DNA from: Bacteroidales bacterium
GTDB taxonomy: Bacteria > Bacteroidota > Bacteroidia > Bacteroidales > UBA10428
Assembly: GCA_046485045.1 (NCBI GenBank)
Contig: JAWOHT010000028.1
Span: 3,195-67,194, forward strand
Length of the DNA: 64,000 nucleotides
Direction: 5' to 3'
In this document: positions 29,177 to 39,711 of the stretch, in pieces
Layout: every line of letters begins with the position of its first letter
How positions within the stretch are numbered: position 1 is the first letter of the stretch
Made by a program: the position numbers and the translations under genes
The notes under the pieces: generated by a model
Databases searched by the model: none
What the model saw: the letters and a program-made list of their open reading frames with translations, nothing else
Told to the model about the DNA's origin: nothing

Positions 29177-29485
29177 CTAATTATGTTTAGGTTTACTTTT
29201 TCTGTTTAAAAGCCTTTGCCAAAAAGGTCTGTTATTAGCATTGATGTTCTGTCTTGCCCTTTTATGGCTCTCTTTCATTTTTTTTTGAGTTTCTTTGGTT
29301 TGCACTTCGAATTTGTCTTTGGCAGACTTTTCCCTTGCTTTCTGATAGGCCTTTTTCTGCCGTAATTCAATTTTCTGCTTTTTCTTTTCTGCCAGCCTTA
29401 CCGTCTTTGTCTGCGGATAAACCAAATGTGTAGAAACAAATGCAGCAACAAATAACATTATCCTGAATTTTGCTTTAAAATTCAC
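29177..29485 (-). CDS. small basic secreted hypothetical protein
   Basis: TAACTTTG -7 box at 29494-29501 (minus strand), GTG at 29485 or ATG at 29458, a signal-like segment, then a K/R-rich helix 'QTKETQKKMKES'. Confidence 0.6.
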   Translation of the reverse strand: MNFKAKFRIMLFVAAFVSTHLVYPQTKTVRLAEKKKQKIELRQKKAYQKAREKSAKDKFEVQTKETQKKMKESHKRARQNINANNRPFWQRLLNRKSKPKHN

Positions 29486-29513
29486 TATTTTTACAAAGTT
29501 AACAGTATTTAAA

Positions 29514-29975
29514 ATGAAAAACCATAAAACAAATTTACGTTTTTTTTTCATTTTCATAGCAGCAATTGTAATACAATCTTGCGCGAGGGAACTTGATGAA
29601 GCAATACCCGAGACATATGTGAATGTCAATATGAGCCTAAGCCATTACAACCTGGGTATAAACCAATCGGTTGTACTTACAAATACAATGGTTAATGTAA
29701 GCAGCCTTGGTTATGATAATAACGGGATTATTCTCTTCCGATACAGTCAGGATGAGTTTTATGCATACGACTGCACCTGTCCTTATCATGTGGAAGAAAG
29801 CATTTCTGTAGAACTTGATGTAAACCAGATGTTTGCCAAATGTCCGGTGTGCAACAGCAAATACCAGTTATATTATTACGGTATCCCTACAGATGCAGGG
29901 CCTTCAAGAAACCCACTCAAACAATACAAGGTTTACTACAATCCGAATACATTTGAAATAATCATATCAAATTAA
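29514..29975 (+). CDS. Rieske-fold lipoprotein with non-canonical ligands
   Basis: Lipobox IQSC, GIILFR, AYDCTCPYH, CPVCNSKY and G.P..GP...PLKQY. Confidence 0.75.
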   Translation: MKNHKTNLRFFFIFIAAIVIQSCARELDEAIPETYVNVNMSLSHYNLGINQSVVLTNTMVNVSSLGYDNNGIILFRYSQDEFYAYDCTCPYHVEESISVELDVNQMFAKCPVCNSKYQLYYYGIPTDAGPSRNPLKQYKVYYNPNTFEIIISN

Positions 29976-30014
29976 TAATACTGAAGGTTTCCGGCTTATA
30001 TAATCCATTGTAAA

Positions 30015-32300
30015 TTAAAAATTTATTATTTCTTTGTTATACGTTTGAGCGTCAATTGATGAAATTGCCGCCATATTAACAATTTCCCTAACTGAGCTCT
30101 CCATCTGCAGCACATGCACAGGCTTGTTCATGCCTACAAGTATAGGCCCTATCACCTCTGCTTCGCCCAGTTCCTGCATCATTTTGTATGCGATGTTACC
30201 CGAACTGAGGTTAGGGAAGATCGCCGTGTTGACTTCGTAATCTTTAAGCTTTGAAAACGGGAAAACCCTGTTTCTAAGTTTGGAATTGAACGCATAATTT
30301 GCCTGCATTTCGCCATCAACAATCAGATCGGGATGTTCTTTGTGAAGCATTTCCACAGCTTCTCTAACACGTGTGGGGCTCCCGTTTCTGCTTGAGCCAA
30401 AATTGGAATATGACAAGAGCGCAATTCTGGGTTCAATATTGAATTTTCGCACCTCGTTGGCGATGAGTATTGCAGTGTCGGCCAATACCCTGGCAGAAGG
30501 TTTGATATTTACCGTAGTATCTGCAAAGAAAAAGGGCCCTTTTTTGGTGATAAGAATATACATACCGGCAATATGGTTCAGGCTATTACTTGCACCAACA
30601 ATCTGCAATGCCGGTCTTATGGTATCGGCATACTTGTTTGAAAATCCTGAAAGAAAGCCATCTACCTCTTCCTGTTCTAACATCATCACCCCAAAGTAGT
30701 TTTTATCATACATTTTCTCGTTGGCCTCGTCAAATGTCATACCCTTTCTCCGGCGCTTTTCAAAAAGAATGCCTGCAAATTTCTTTCGGCGTTCTTCTTC
30801 TGTATTGCTTCTGAAGTCAACAATCGAAATGCCGTTAATATCAATGCCGTTTTCAGCCGCCACTCTTTTAATCTCACCCTCCGGACCAAGCAATATGGGC
30901 ACTGCAATACCTTCGTTCACTACCTGTTGAACCGCCTTTAATACCTTATAATTTTGGGCATCGCCGAATAGAATACGTTTGGGGTTGTTTCTGGCACGTG
31001 TTTGTATCTCATCTATCAACTTATTATGCAAGCCCATACGTTTCATCAAATCCAGTTCATAAGCCTTCCAGTCAGTAATTGTTGCCTGCGCCACCCCCGA
31101 TTCTATGGCTGCCCTGGCAACTGCAGGGGCTACCCTGGTAATCAAACGCGGATCGAGGGGTTTGGGGATAATATAGTCTCTGCCAAAAAAAAGATTTGTG
31201 GTCTTATAGGCCATATTCACGGCTTCGGGTACAGCCTCCTTCGCTAATCTGGCAAGCGCATATACCGCGGCAATTTTCATCTCTTCGTTGATGGTTTTTG
31301 CCCTTACATCTAACGCTCCCCTGAATATGAAAGGAAAACCCAGCACATTATTTATCTGGTTGGGATAATCCGAACGGCCGGTAGCCATAATAATATCGTC
31401 GCGCACTGCCACGGCCTCATCGTATGAAATTTCCGGGTTAGGATTTGCCATGGCAAAAACAACAGGGTCTTTGGCCATTGACCTGAGCATATCGGGTTTC
31501 ACCACATCACCGGTTGACAGCCCCAGGAAGAAATCTGCACCAACCATAGCCTCCTGTAAAGTAGTAATTGAAAGGTCTCTGGCAAACTGCTGTTTGTATT
31601 TGTTCAGATCGGTCCGACTTGTGCTTATCACCCCTTTGGTATCGAGCATGATTACATTTTCGGGCCTTACCCCAAGTGCAATGTATAGTTTGGTACATGA
31701 GACCGCCGAAGCACCTGCGCCATTTACAACAACCTTAATTTCATCTATCTTTTTGCCTGTAATCTCGAGTGCATTTAACATACCGGCAGAAGAAATAATT
31801 GCTGTTCCATGCTGGTCGTCATGAAAAACAGGAATATCAAGCTCTTGTTTCAACCGTTCTTCAACTTCAAAACACTCAGGAGCTTTAATGTCTTCAAGGT
31901 TAATGCCTCCAAAGGTAGGCGATATGGCTTTAATGTGGGCGATGAGCTTTTCGGTGTCTTTTTCATTTATCTCAATATCAAAAACATCAACATCAGCAAA
32001 CACTTTAAAAAGCAGACCTTTGCCTTCCATAACCGGTTTCCCTGCAAGCGCGCCAATGTCGCCAAGTCCCAATACTGCCGTACCATTTGAGATCACAGCT
32101 ACAAGGTTTCCCCGTGCAGTATAATTGTATGCATTGGCAGGGTCTTTTTGAATTTCAAGACATGGTTCGGCCACACCGGGGGTATATGCCAGCGATAAAT
32201 CATACTGCGTACGGTATGGTTTGGTCGGAATTACTTCAATTTTTCCGGGTTTTCCGCAGGAATGATATCTAAGTGCCTCTTCTCTATTTATTTTAGCCAT
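30015..32300 (-). CDS. maeB: NADP-dependent malic enzyme with a C-terminal PTA-like domain
   Basis: AYTPGVAEPC, GKPVMEGKG, EDIKAPECF, HDDQHGT, GAGAS and TGRSDYPNQ, with a C-terminal FFADT and DGEMQ. Confidence 0.96.
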   Translation of the reverse strand: MAKINREEALRYHSCGKPGKIEVIPTKPYRTQYDLSLAYTPGVAEPCLEIQKDPANAYNYTARGNLVAVISNGTAVLGLGDIGALAGKPVMEGKGLLFKVFADVDVFDIEINEKDTEKLIAHIKAISPTFGGINLEDIKAPECFEVEERLKQELDIPVFHDDQHGTAIISSAGMLNALEITGKKIDEIKVVVNGAGASAVSCTKLYIALGVRPENVIMLDTKGVISTSRTDLNKYKQQFARDLSITTLQEAMVGADFFLGLSTGDVVKPDMLRSMAKDPVVFAMANPNPEISYDEAVAVRDDIIMATGRSDYPNQINNVLGFPFIFRGALDVRAKTINEEMKIAAVYALARLAKEAVPEAVNMAYKTTNLFFGRDYIIPKPLDPRLITRVAPAVARAAIESGVAQATITDWKAYELDLMKRMGLHNKLIDEIQTRARNNPKRILFGDAQNYKVLKAVQQVVNEGIAVPILLGPEGEIKRVAAENGIDINGISIVDFRSNTEEERRKKFAGILFEKRRRKGMTFDEANEKMYDKNYFGVMMLEQEEVDGFLSGFSNKYADTIRPALQIVGASNSLNHIAGMYILITKKGPFFFADTTVNIKPSARVLADTAILIANEVRKFNIEPRIALLSYSNFGSSRNGSPTRVREAVEMLHKEHPDLIVDGEMQANYAFNSKLRNRVFPFSKLKDYEVNTAIFPNLSSGNIAYKMMQELGEAEVIGPILVGMNKPVHVLQMESSVREIVNMAAISSIDAQTYNKEIINF

Positions 32301-32698
32301 TATATTTGTGTTTTTTTAGTATCAGGTTTTCGGATATTGTTTACCCTAATGTCAGAAGATTACAAAATTATAATCTGCCTGATGCATTTACGGGTTTTTA
32401 AGTATCTATTTTTGTTTAAGTTAAAAATCAATACTCGGGATTTTTAAGAAACCAGCGAATTTAGTTTTATTTTCTTTAAAAAAAGATGAGAAATGCCATT
32501 TCGGGCAACCTTTTACAATTATAAAAAACTGTAAGACCTTTTTCTGCTCCTCGGCTAAATAATCTTTCCAGTCTCTTAAAATAAAATACATTAATATCTT
32601 TAGAGGTATAATAATTTATCTTAAATTTGCAAACCAATTGGATATAATTACGTATTGGCAGTTATAAACATATACTTACAGGATAGACGATTCAAATA

Positions 32699-33160
32699 AT
32701 GGCATTACAGAAAAAATTTCTGAAGAAGATTGTATACTCCCTCAGAAAAGGTATTACCCCGCACAAACTGGCTCTTTCGGTTTCTATAGGCATAACCATC
32801 GGCATTCTGCCCATTTATGGTATTACATCTATTTTAATCACACTTATTGCACTGGTATTCAGGTTGAATTTCACTGCTTCGCAAGTTGCACATTATGCGG
32901 TATTTCCCTTGCAGTTACTTCTGATTTTTCCTTTTCTTAAACTGGGAAACATGATCTTTGGCCATGCACTTCTGCCACGGACTTTAGACCATTTTCTACT
33001 TCTGATGAAAACCGATTTTTGGGGAACAATGCATAATTTCTGGATTGCCTACCTTACAGTAGCTGCCTTCTGGTTTATATTATCCATTCCATTGTCAGTT
33101 GTTTTGTACAAATTGTTGTTTTTCTATTTCAAACGTCTCGTGCCTGTGGCTGTGAAATAA
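32699..33160 (+). CDS. DUF2062 membrane protein
   Basis: GITPHKLALS...G...GI.P..G, RLN and PLQ...I.PF..LG. TAAATTTG box at 32622-32629. Confidence 0.8.
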   Translation: MALQKKFLKKIVYSLRKGITPHKLALSVSIGITIGILPIYGITSILITLIALVFRLNFTASQVAHYAVFPLQLLLIFPFLKLGNMIFGHALLPRTLDHFLLLMKTDFWGTMHNFWIAYLTVAAFWFILSIPLSVVLYKLLFFYFKRLVPVAVK

Positions 33161-34253
33161 CCTTTCGATAAAAGTCCAGCAGTTTTAACTCTTCACTATT
33201 CCATGTAAACTCCTGTGCAGCTTTTATAAGGTTTTTTTTCCAAAGACTTATCCTGTCTTTGTCTTTCAGTATATCCATAATCAAATCTGCTATTTTCAAC
33301 GGGTTTCTTTCGGCAGTTGCCACTCCGATATTATAGCGGGCAACCAGCCCACCCATTTCAGGAAAATCTGAAACCATCACAGGAACATTAGCCTGGATAT
33401 AATCAAATAACTTATTGGGCAACGCATAGTAATAGTTCAGCCCCAGGTTTTCTTCGAGCGAAATTCCAATATCTGCCTGAACAGTATATGAGAGAAGCTC
33501 TTCGGGGATGACACGCCCCAAAAAAACAACTTTTCCGGTCAATCCGTATCCTGCTACCATCTTTTCAAGGTTGTTTTTAATATCGCCGTTGCCAATGATG
33601 ACAAATTTTACCCCATTAAGGTGCCTCATTGCCTGAATTACCATTTCCAATCCCCTGGCTTTGTTTACCGATCCCTGATAGAGGATGATATGTTCATCAC
33701 CATCACGGAGCTCTTTGTGAACAACTGGTTGCCCCTTCTTCACAGGAAGGTTTCTTATCACCTGCATATCAATATGATACATGCTATTGTAAATATCTGC
33801 CAACGAACCGCAAACCGTATAAGAATAAATAATATGAGGCAGTATAAGACCTTCAATCAATTCCCATATTCTCTTAACCCTTTTTCGCCCTATAAGCTCA
33901 GGAACCTCGGTAAAATATTCATGACTATCGTAAACCAATTTAATTTTTTTAAGCCTTGAAATAAGATAATTGGCAGGTAATGTATCAAGATCGTTGGCTA
34001 CCAGCACATCAAAACGATGAAAGTACAGGTAGAAAAACAAGCGGATATTGTAACAGATATAAAAAAAAGGCCCTTTGTTGAATAACAACTTAAATCTTTT
34101 GAATTTAATTTCTGAAGGCTGAAGCCCCAAACTTGTTTCTCTTATTCTACCCACTATGGTTACAGAGGTATTGAGTTTAAGAAGCGAAGCAGCTATACGG
34201 TTCACCCGCTGATCGGTGACAATGTCGTTGGTAACTGAAAGACAAATTTTCAC
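33129..34253 (-). CDS. GT4 family glycosyltransferase
   Basis: VTND..TDQRV, ANDLDTL, YDSHEYFTE, YQG.....RGLE and PNKLFDY. Probable GTG start at 34253. The 3' end overlaps DUF2062 by 32 nt. Confidence 0.9.
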   Translation of the reverse strand: MKICLSVTNDIVTDQRVNRIAASLLKLNTSVTIVGRIRETSLGLQPSEIKFKRFKLLFNKGPFFYICYNIRLFFYLYFHRFDVLVANDLDTLPANYLISRLKKIKLVYDSHEYFTEVPELIGRKRVKRIWELIEGLILPHIIYSYTVCGSLADIYNSMYHIDMQVIRNLPVKKGQPVVHKELRDGDEHIILYQGSVNKARGLEMVIQAMRHLNGVKFVIIGNGDIKNNLEKMVAGYGLTGKVVFLGRVIPEELLSYTVQADIGISLEENLGLNYYYALPNKLFDYIQANVPVMVSDFPEMGGLVARYNIGVATAERNPLKIADLIMDILKDKDRISLWKKNLIKAAQEFTWNSEELKLLDFYRKVISQPQARDV

Positions 34254-34444
34254 AGTAATATCTAATAAAAAGCTAATGTATATATTTTTAGACACAACCT
34301 GTAAACCTTAATTCCATATTTGTTTAAAATACCTTTGTTAACATAACATTTTAGCCTTAAGGACAGGAATGTTGAAAAATTGATTTCTGAACAATAAAAT
34401 AAAAGCTTTGTGGTGCTATCTTTGCTTGGCGTTGAATCTGAATT

Positions 34445-35458
34445 ATGAACATAATAAAGGAAAATATTTCGTTAAAAAGCTATAACACGTTCGGTCTGGA
34501 GGCACATGCAAGATATTTTGCCAATACTTGTACCGAAGCTGAAATAAAGGAAATATTACAATCGAAATATAAAGACATTCAGCCCAGGCTTATATTGGGA
34601 GAAGGGAGCAATATTCTGTTCAACGGCGATTTCAACGGATTGATCATTAAACCATCGATAAAGGGAATTGAGGTTGTTAAGGATACCGCAAAACAGGTTT
34701 ACATTAAAGCCGCTGCCGGTGAAAACTGGGACAATTTTGTACAATATTGCGTTGAAAACAATTATGGAGGCATTGAGAACCTCTCGCTCATCCCGGGCAC
34801 ATTAGGGGCAAGCCCTGTGCAAAATATCGGCGCTTACGGTGTAGAAGTAAAAGATGTGATAGACAATGTTGAAGCGATAGATATTGAAACCGCTGAATTA
34901 AAGGTTTTTCAGGCCTCTGAGTGCCATTTTGGCTACCGCACAAGCATCTTTAAAGAAAAACTTAAAAACAGGTTTATTATCACTTCGGTGGTATTCAGGC
35001 TGGAGAAAGAGCCCCGTTTTGTAACACATTACGGAAATATCGAACAAGAGCTTGACAAATACCCTGAAATCAACATAAGAAATATTCGTGAAGTAATTAT
35101 AGAAACAAGAAGACACAAACTTCCCGACCCGAAAGAACTGGGAAACGCCGGCAGTTTTTTCAAAAATCCCGTTGTAAGTTTAGAAACCCTTGAATATATT
35201 AAAAAATTCTACCCGAAAATTCCACACTGGGAATCAGGACAGGAGAGGGTAAAATTATCAGCTGCCTGGCTTATTGAAACATGCCAGTGGAAGAGCAAAA
35301 AAATTGGCGATGCCGGTACCTACCGTAAGCAACCGTTGGTGATTGTAAACTACGGCCATGCGACAGCCAAAGATATTATAACACTCGCGGGTAAAATTCA
35401 AAAAGCAGTTAAAAACCATTTTGCCATTCAACTCGAACCGGAAGTTATTATCGTGTGA
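34445..35458 (+). CDS. murB: UDP-N-acetylmuramate dehydrogenase
   Basis: YNTFG, LG.GSN, ENLSLIPG..GASPVQNIGAYG, FGYR.SIFK, GNAGSFFKNP and LEPEV. TATCTTTG box at 34417-34424. Confidence 0.97.
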   Translation: MNIIKENISLKSYNTFGLEAHARYFANTCTEAEIKEILQSKYKDIQPRLILGEGSNILFNGDFNGLIIKPSIKGIEVVKDTAKQVYIKAAAGENWDNFVQYCVENNYGGIENLSLIPGTLGASPVQNIGAYGVEVKDVIDNVEAIDIETAELKVFQASECHFGYRTSIFKEKLKNRFIITSVVFRLEKEPRFVTHYGNIEQELDKYPEINIRNIREVIIETRRHKLPDPKELGNAGSFFKNPVVSLETLEYIKKFYPKIPHWESGQERVKLSAAWLIETCQWKSKKIGDAGTYRKQPLVIVNYGHATAKDIITLAGKIQKAVKNHFAIQLEPEVIIV

Positions 35459-35516
35459 TTTTATTAAACTCGTTTCCGGAAAAACAACAGCCATTTTTCA
35501 CTTAACCCCTTTATCT

Positions 35517-37514
35517 CTAATCTGCCACACCATCGTGGTATTCTCGTGATTCGATGAGATTACCCTTTTCGTCATATAGTTTCCAAGTACCGTCCATCAC
35601 GTCTTGTTTATATTTGCCCCTCAACCGAAGCTTGCCGGTTTGATAATACTCCCTGAAATTACCATCCATTAATCCGTTTTTTAACCCGACAGATAGTCTC
35701 AGGTTACCGTCTTCAAAAAACTCTTCATGCTTTGAGGCATCAAGTTCATTAATAATGATAACCGGTTCAAAATCATCTCTTGCTTTCTCACCCTCTACAG
35801 TTTTGAACGCTGTAGAATCCTGCAACATGAACGACATAGGATCGAAAAGATACTTTACCGGAGTAAACTCATCTGGTTGAGGATTAAATTCTGCCGACAG
35901 GTTGAGCTTTATCAACTCTTTATCGTTACGAACACTAAGCCCGATATTTGGGAAACAGACAAAATACTGCTTGTTTTTCTGCATAGTTGTCCAGGTTTGA
36001 GGAGAAACAAACTCCTTTACATTGGAAAAAAGCACAGGCACCTGAAAATAGGCCATCACCATAGACCTGTAGTCAAAGTGAGACAAGAATTCATTGCGGT
36101 TTTCGTCACTTTTAAGTGTATTTCCTGATTCAAGGTCATCCACGATGCTTTTCAGCGTCTGAGGATGATTGCTGAACACGACATATTCATCAATAATGGT
36201 ATAATAAGGTTTTTCAAGACGCTTAATCAGGTTCCCGAAGAGCATCTTAAAGATTCCCGGTATATAAAGATAATTGATCGTATATCCCTTATAAATAATA
36301 GCTTTAAACTTAACCGGAGAATTCTTCTTTACCTGTGCTGCGAGGTAAGACAGGCTCTCGGTTGCCTGCTTGTTACTCCCGGCCCTGAAGGCCACAGCAA
36401 ACTCATTCATTCTGCCCAGATTTGAAGGCTGTGTCTGTATTAGCGTTATTTCATCCTGCATCCAGCCAAGAATGTCTTTCTCGATATTAATTTTCAACAT
36501 CTTCTCTGTTTTGCCCATTACCGATTCAAGGTTTGCCAGGGAAGCATTGTCAAGGGTGCTTTTAATATTTCTGTACAATGTCAAAGTCTGGTCAGATCCG
36601 ATATTTACAAAAGTGGCTGTACGTGAAGGAGCATATCCTGCAAAACCATACCCGCCTTGCCCGGACTTCATCAATGCCCTGAACAAAGATTTCGTGGTGT
36701 CTTTTACACTGGTATAACCTGTAACCTGCAACATTCCCTTTTCATCTAACTGAACATATGCTGATGTATAATAAAGGTTATCGGAAAGCATTTTCAAAAA
36801 ATCATTTGGTTTGCCCATGATCAAGGCAATATAATCTTTAAAGTAAAGATAATTGATGCAAATTGAGAACAGCCCCTTCCCTTCGGTATGCCTTGTTACT
36901 TCAATAAAATTAAGGTCCCTGCCCAAGGTCAGTTTATCAAGCTGGTCAATGGAAGCCTCGATTAGCGTGTAGACTTTCGAAAAGATAAGCTGGTTCTTAA
37001 TAAGTGAAAAATAGTAGAGATCGCCGGACTTCTTATCAAACAACTCCATTATTTCGTAATCTTTATAGGTTCTGTACGTTAGCCGTAAATCATCATCTGT
37101 TATCTTACCGAGATGACTTTTCAGATTCTTTAGCTTTGATATGCTTTTCAGGTCAACTACGAAAAGAAACTCATACCTGCCCGGTTTGTATCTGTGCGAT
37201 GATATGAGGATTTTTCGGTTCCCAAACAGGTTTACCAACATACGGTTGGAAGAGATCAGCGAGTCGGCGCCCACAATATCTTTATTAATATCCGACATCA
37301 AATCATTGGTTTTAAGGTAAGCCCACACATTGGTGTGAATGATCTTATCCCAGGCGCCAAAAGGGTCTTCGGTTTCAATGATATATGCCGCATCGTGCGG
37401 TACAAGGTAAACTGACTGAAATTTGTCATCGGGTGACAGTATAAAAAGATAAATGAACCCTGAAATAACTGCAAAGACAGTTAAAACAGCCAGAAACTGA
37501 AATATTTTTTTCAT
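35517..37514 (-). CDS. DUF3352-like membrane-anchored protein with C-terminal MORN2-type repeats
   Basis: N-terminal TM, 'LVP.DA.YIIE', 'KPYYT....YVVFSN' and C-terminal G.F.EYY..G...G.W..YD..G repeats. Confidence 0.75.
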   Translation of the reverse strand: MKKIFQFLAVLTVFAVISGFIYLFILSPDDKFQSVYLVPHDAAYIIETEDPFGAWDKIIHTNVWAYLKTNDLMSDINKDIVGADSLISSNRMLVNLFGNRKILISSHRYKPGRYEFLFVVDLKSISKLKNLKSHLGKITDDDLRLTYRTYKDYEIMELFDKKSGDLYYFSLIKNQLIFSKVYTLIEASIDQLDKLTLGRDLNFIEVTRHTEGKGLFSICINYLYFKDYIALIMGKPNDFLKMLSDNLYYTSAYVQLDEKGMLQVTGYTSVKDTTKSLFRALMKSGQGGYGFAGYAPSRTATFVNIGSDQTLTLYRNIKSTLDNASLANLESVMGKTEKMLKINIEKDILGWMQDEITLIQTQPSNLGRMNEFAVAFRAGSNKQATESLSYLAAQVKKNSPVKFKAIIYKGYTINYLYIPGIFKMLFGNLIKRLEKPYYTIIDEYVVFSNHPQTLKSIVDDLESGNTLKSDENRNEFLSHFDYRSMVMAYFQVPVLFSNVKEFVSPQTWTTMQKNKQYFVCFPNIGLSVRNDKELIKLNLSAEFNPQPDEFTPVKYLFDPMSFMLQDSTAFKTVEGEKARDDFEPVIIINELDASKHEEFFEDGNLRLSVGLKNGLMDGNFREYYQTGKLRLRGKYKQDVMDGTWKLYDEKGNLIESREYHDGVAD

Positions 37515-37531
37515 ATTGTTACGAATTAGTC

Positions 37532-38188
37532 TTACACTTCCTTTATGTAGTCAATATATGCAATTGCCCTTACCGGGGAACCATCACCATTGGTAATCTT
37601 CAGAGGAAAACAACTAAAATAGAAATTACATTCGGGCAGACTATCAAGGGCAGTAAGATTTTCAATAATCACCATGTTTCGCCCCAGGACAGCCCGATGA
37701 ACGGGGTAGTTTTCCGATATGGTCCTGTCAGCTGAAATGGTATCGAAACCAATCCCCTTTAAACTGAAGGACAATAAATATTCAACGGCCTCTGCATCGA
37801 GTACCGGGTAACCCGTAAAATAATCCTGACTGCACCAGAGCCTGTCGTATCCGGTATAAAACAGTACAAAATCAGTATTTAACAGATTTTTTTCGTTTTT
37901 TTGGAGTACCTCCTTCGAAATCAAATCTCCTACATCACCTACATCTATTTTTACGGCCCTGCCAAAAAATGCCGCAACAGGCATTGAACCTGTACTTTCA
38001 CGATCTTTAAAAAAATGCTGAGGGCAGTCAATATGCGTTCCGGTATGCGAGGATATATTCAGTAAAGATTCCTGATATCCGTCAATATTGTGATTGCGAA
38101 TTGTAATAACCTGTGGTTTTACATCACCCGGGTAAACCGTCATTATGTCAATGATTTGATGTGTCAGATCTGTTAACTTAAAATTCAT
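37532..38188 (-). CDS. cyclase family metal hydrolase (KynB / kynurenine formamidase-like)
   Basis: DLTH, YPGD, HTGTHIDCP.H, G.D..S.D, H..L.....IIENL and DGSPVRA. Confidence 0.9.
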   Translation of the reverse strand: MNFKLTDLTHQIIDIMTVYPGDVKPQVITIRNHNIDGYQESLLNISSHTGTHIDCPQHFFKDRESTGSMPVAAFFGRAVKIDVGDVGDLISKEVLQKNEKNLLNTDFVLFYTGYDRLWCSQDYFTGYPVLDAEAVEYLLSFSLKGIGFDTISADRTISENYPVHRAVLGRNMVIIENLTALDSLPECNFYFSCFPLKITNGDGSPVRAIAYIDYIKEV

Positions 38189-38630
38189 TGTAAAACCATG
38201 CTTGAATTGTGACATCCTTTCAAAAATAAAGATTTTCTTCAACAGTTGAAATTATTTTAGTGTCTTATTCCCTTTTAACGTCAAAATAAAAATGTAATAT
38301 TCATACTAAATCAAACTATACGGCCTATGATTGTTATGGAATATTAAGCAAACCTGTTCTTCATTTATAACGGAATTGCCTCATCATATAATTTGCATGA
38401 TTGATGGAAAAAAAATTTAATTCTCCACACTTTTTTTTATTTTTAACCCGAAATATTCCATAGAATAATTCCAATTTTGATCGGGTTGCCTGCATTTTGA
38501 TCCATACCAAAGAAAGGGTATGAATAATGCAGGTAAAGACGTAAATTCATCAGCATCTATCCTGTAAATGAAGAACACTGTGTTGATCAACAATAAATTA
38601 CTGAAGTCAGTATCCTGCGGGACAAGGTAT

Positions 38631-39422
38631 ATGATCACAAAAAAAATGATATACGCCCTGATATTTTTCCTTTTTCATTTGCCCCCGGATCTGCTGGAGG
38701 CACAGGAAATCATAAATAATGAGTTGACCGACAGGTTTGTGAATTCCGGTGATACAGAAAAAAAACCTTTTAAAAAAGAGATTCAGGCTAAAGACAGTTT
38801 TATCCCCGACAGCTCTGCTTACGCAAGAGCAGCAGCAGTAGCTGATAATCTGTTGCATAGCAACTTCGAAAAGCTGTCTATCCTTTCAAATGATGACAAA
38901 GAAGGCACTGCCTTAAAATACTTCGATAAAATCATAACTTTTGATAATGAAGTGCTTATTGGCAAAGTTCAACATATCACATTCACGGAGGTTAGGTTTC
39001 TATACCCTTTCAACACAAAGGTTGAGTCAATTAACCGTTATAAAGTAAGCCAGATACTTTATGCCGACAACCGTATTGACCTGTTTACACCATACGATGA
39101 AGAAAAAAAAGAACTACTGCCTGTACAGGAGGACCGGTTAATCGTGTATCGCCGCGAAATCTGGGAAAAGATCGTTATTACAGAAGATGAATATGAGGTG
39201 GCAGGTTTCACTTTATTAGGGCCTGTTTCGGCCGCGTATGATGCTGACCAGGTAAAATGCAGCAACGATTACCTTGAAAAAAATGTGATGATCATCCTGA
39301 AAAAAAGAGCTGCCAGGCTTGAGGCAGATTACATCTTAATTACAAATAAATCGTTCCATAAAGGCTATGGCGACCCTCCCTCCGTAAAGATTGAGGGAGT
39401 GGCCTATAAAAAGAGTGAATAG
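38631..39422 (+). CDS. secreted hypothetical protein
   Basis: Signal peptide ending in EAQ and a C-terminal 'LKKRAA.L.AD.ILI...IEGVAY' resembling YbjQ/DUF4156-type domains. Confidence 0.65.
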   Translation: MITKKMIYALIFFLFHLPPDLLEAQEIINNELTDRFVNSGDTEKKPFKKEIQAKDSFIPDSSAYARAAAVADNLLHSNFEKLSILSNDDKEGTALKYFDKIITFDNEVLIGKVQHITFTEVRFLYPFNTKVESINRYKVSQILYADNRIDLFTPYDEEKKELLPVQEDRLIVYRREIWEKIVITEDEYEVAGFTLLGPVSAAYDADQVKCSNDYLEKNVMIILKKRAARLEADYILITNKSFHKGYGDPPSVKIEGVAYKKSE

Positions 39423-39617
39423 GATATACAAGGTTTATACACAATTAACTCTGCCAGAATTACTTGGATGTAATCGTTGACGGCACACAAAATAAAAAGA
39501 ATAAAGAAAAAAAAACATACACTGTTGCCAAGGGTGTCAGTGATACAATAAGAAACCTCAAGGTGCGCCTTCTGGCAGTATGTAAGGTGAAACAGTAAAT
39601 GAGTAATTCATATTTTT

Positions 39618-39632
39618 TGGCACACTATTTGT
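39618..39632 (+). promoter_or_regulatory. putative sigma-54 (-24/-12) promoter
   Basis: TGGCAC-ACTAT-TTGT has exact -24/-12 spacing and one deviation from TGGCAC-N5-TTGC. Confidence 0.6.
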
Positions 39633-39643
39633 TTTATTATTAT

Positions 39644-39711
39644 CAGCAGTTCATCTACAATATATCTGGGGCAACCCAGGACAATCCCGGCCCGGTGCCG
39701 GGATTTTATTT
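39644..39711 (+). ncRNA. candidate small RNA of about 65 nt
   Basis: Lies between the sigma-54-like promoter and a terminator, contains the hairpin CUGGG-GCAA-CCCAG and has no start codon. Confidence 0.45.
39683..39711 (+). terminator. intrinsic terminator
   Basis: AATCCCGGC-CCGGT-GCCGGGATT followed by TTATTT. Confidence 0.7.

Noticed and set aside
30373-32272. Many 60-125-aa antisense ORFs inside maeB (also inside pgi, uvrB and ppdK)
   Set aside because: These are the expected antisense open frames of conserved, codon-biased genes.
33129-33160. Overlapping 3' ends of convergent genes (also at 53447-53463)
   Set aside because: Short tail-to-tail overlaps are common in compact genomes, and nothing suggests a function.
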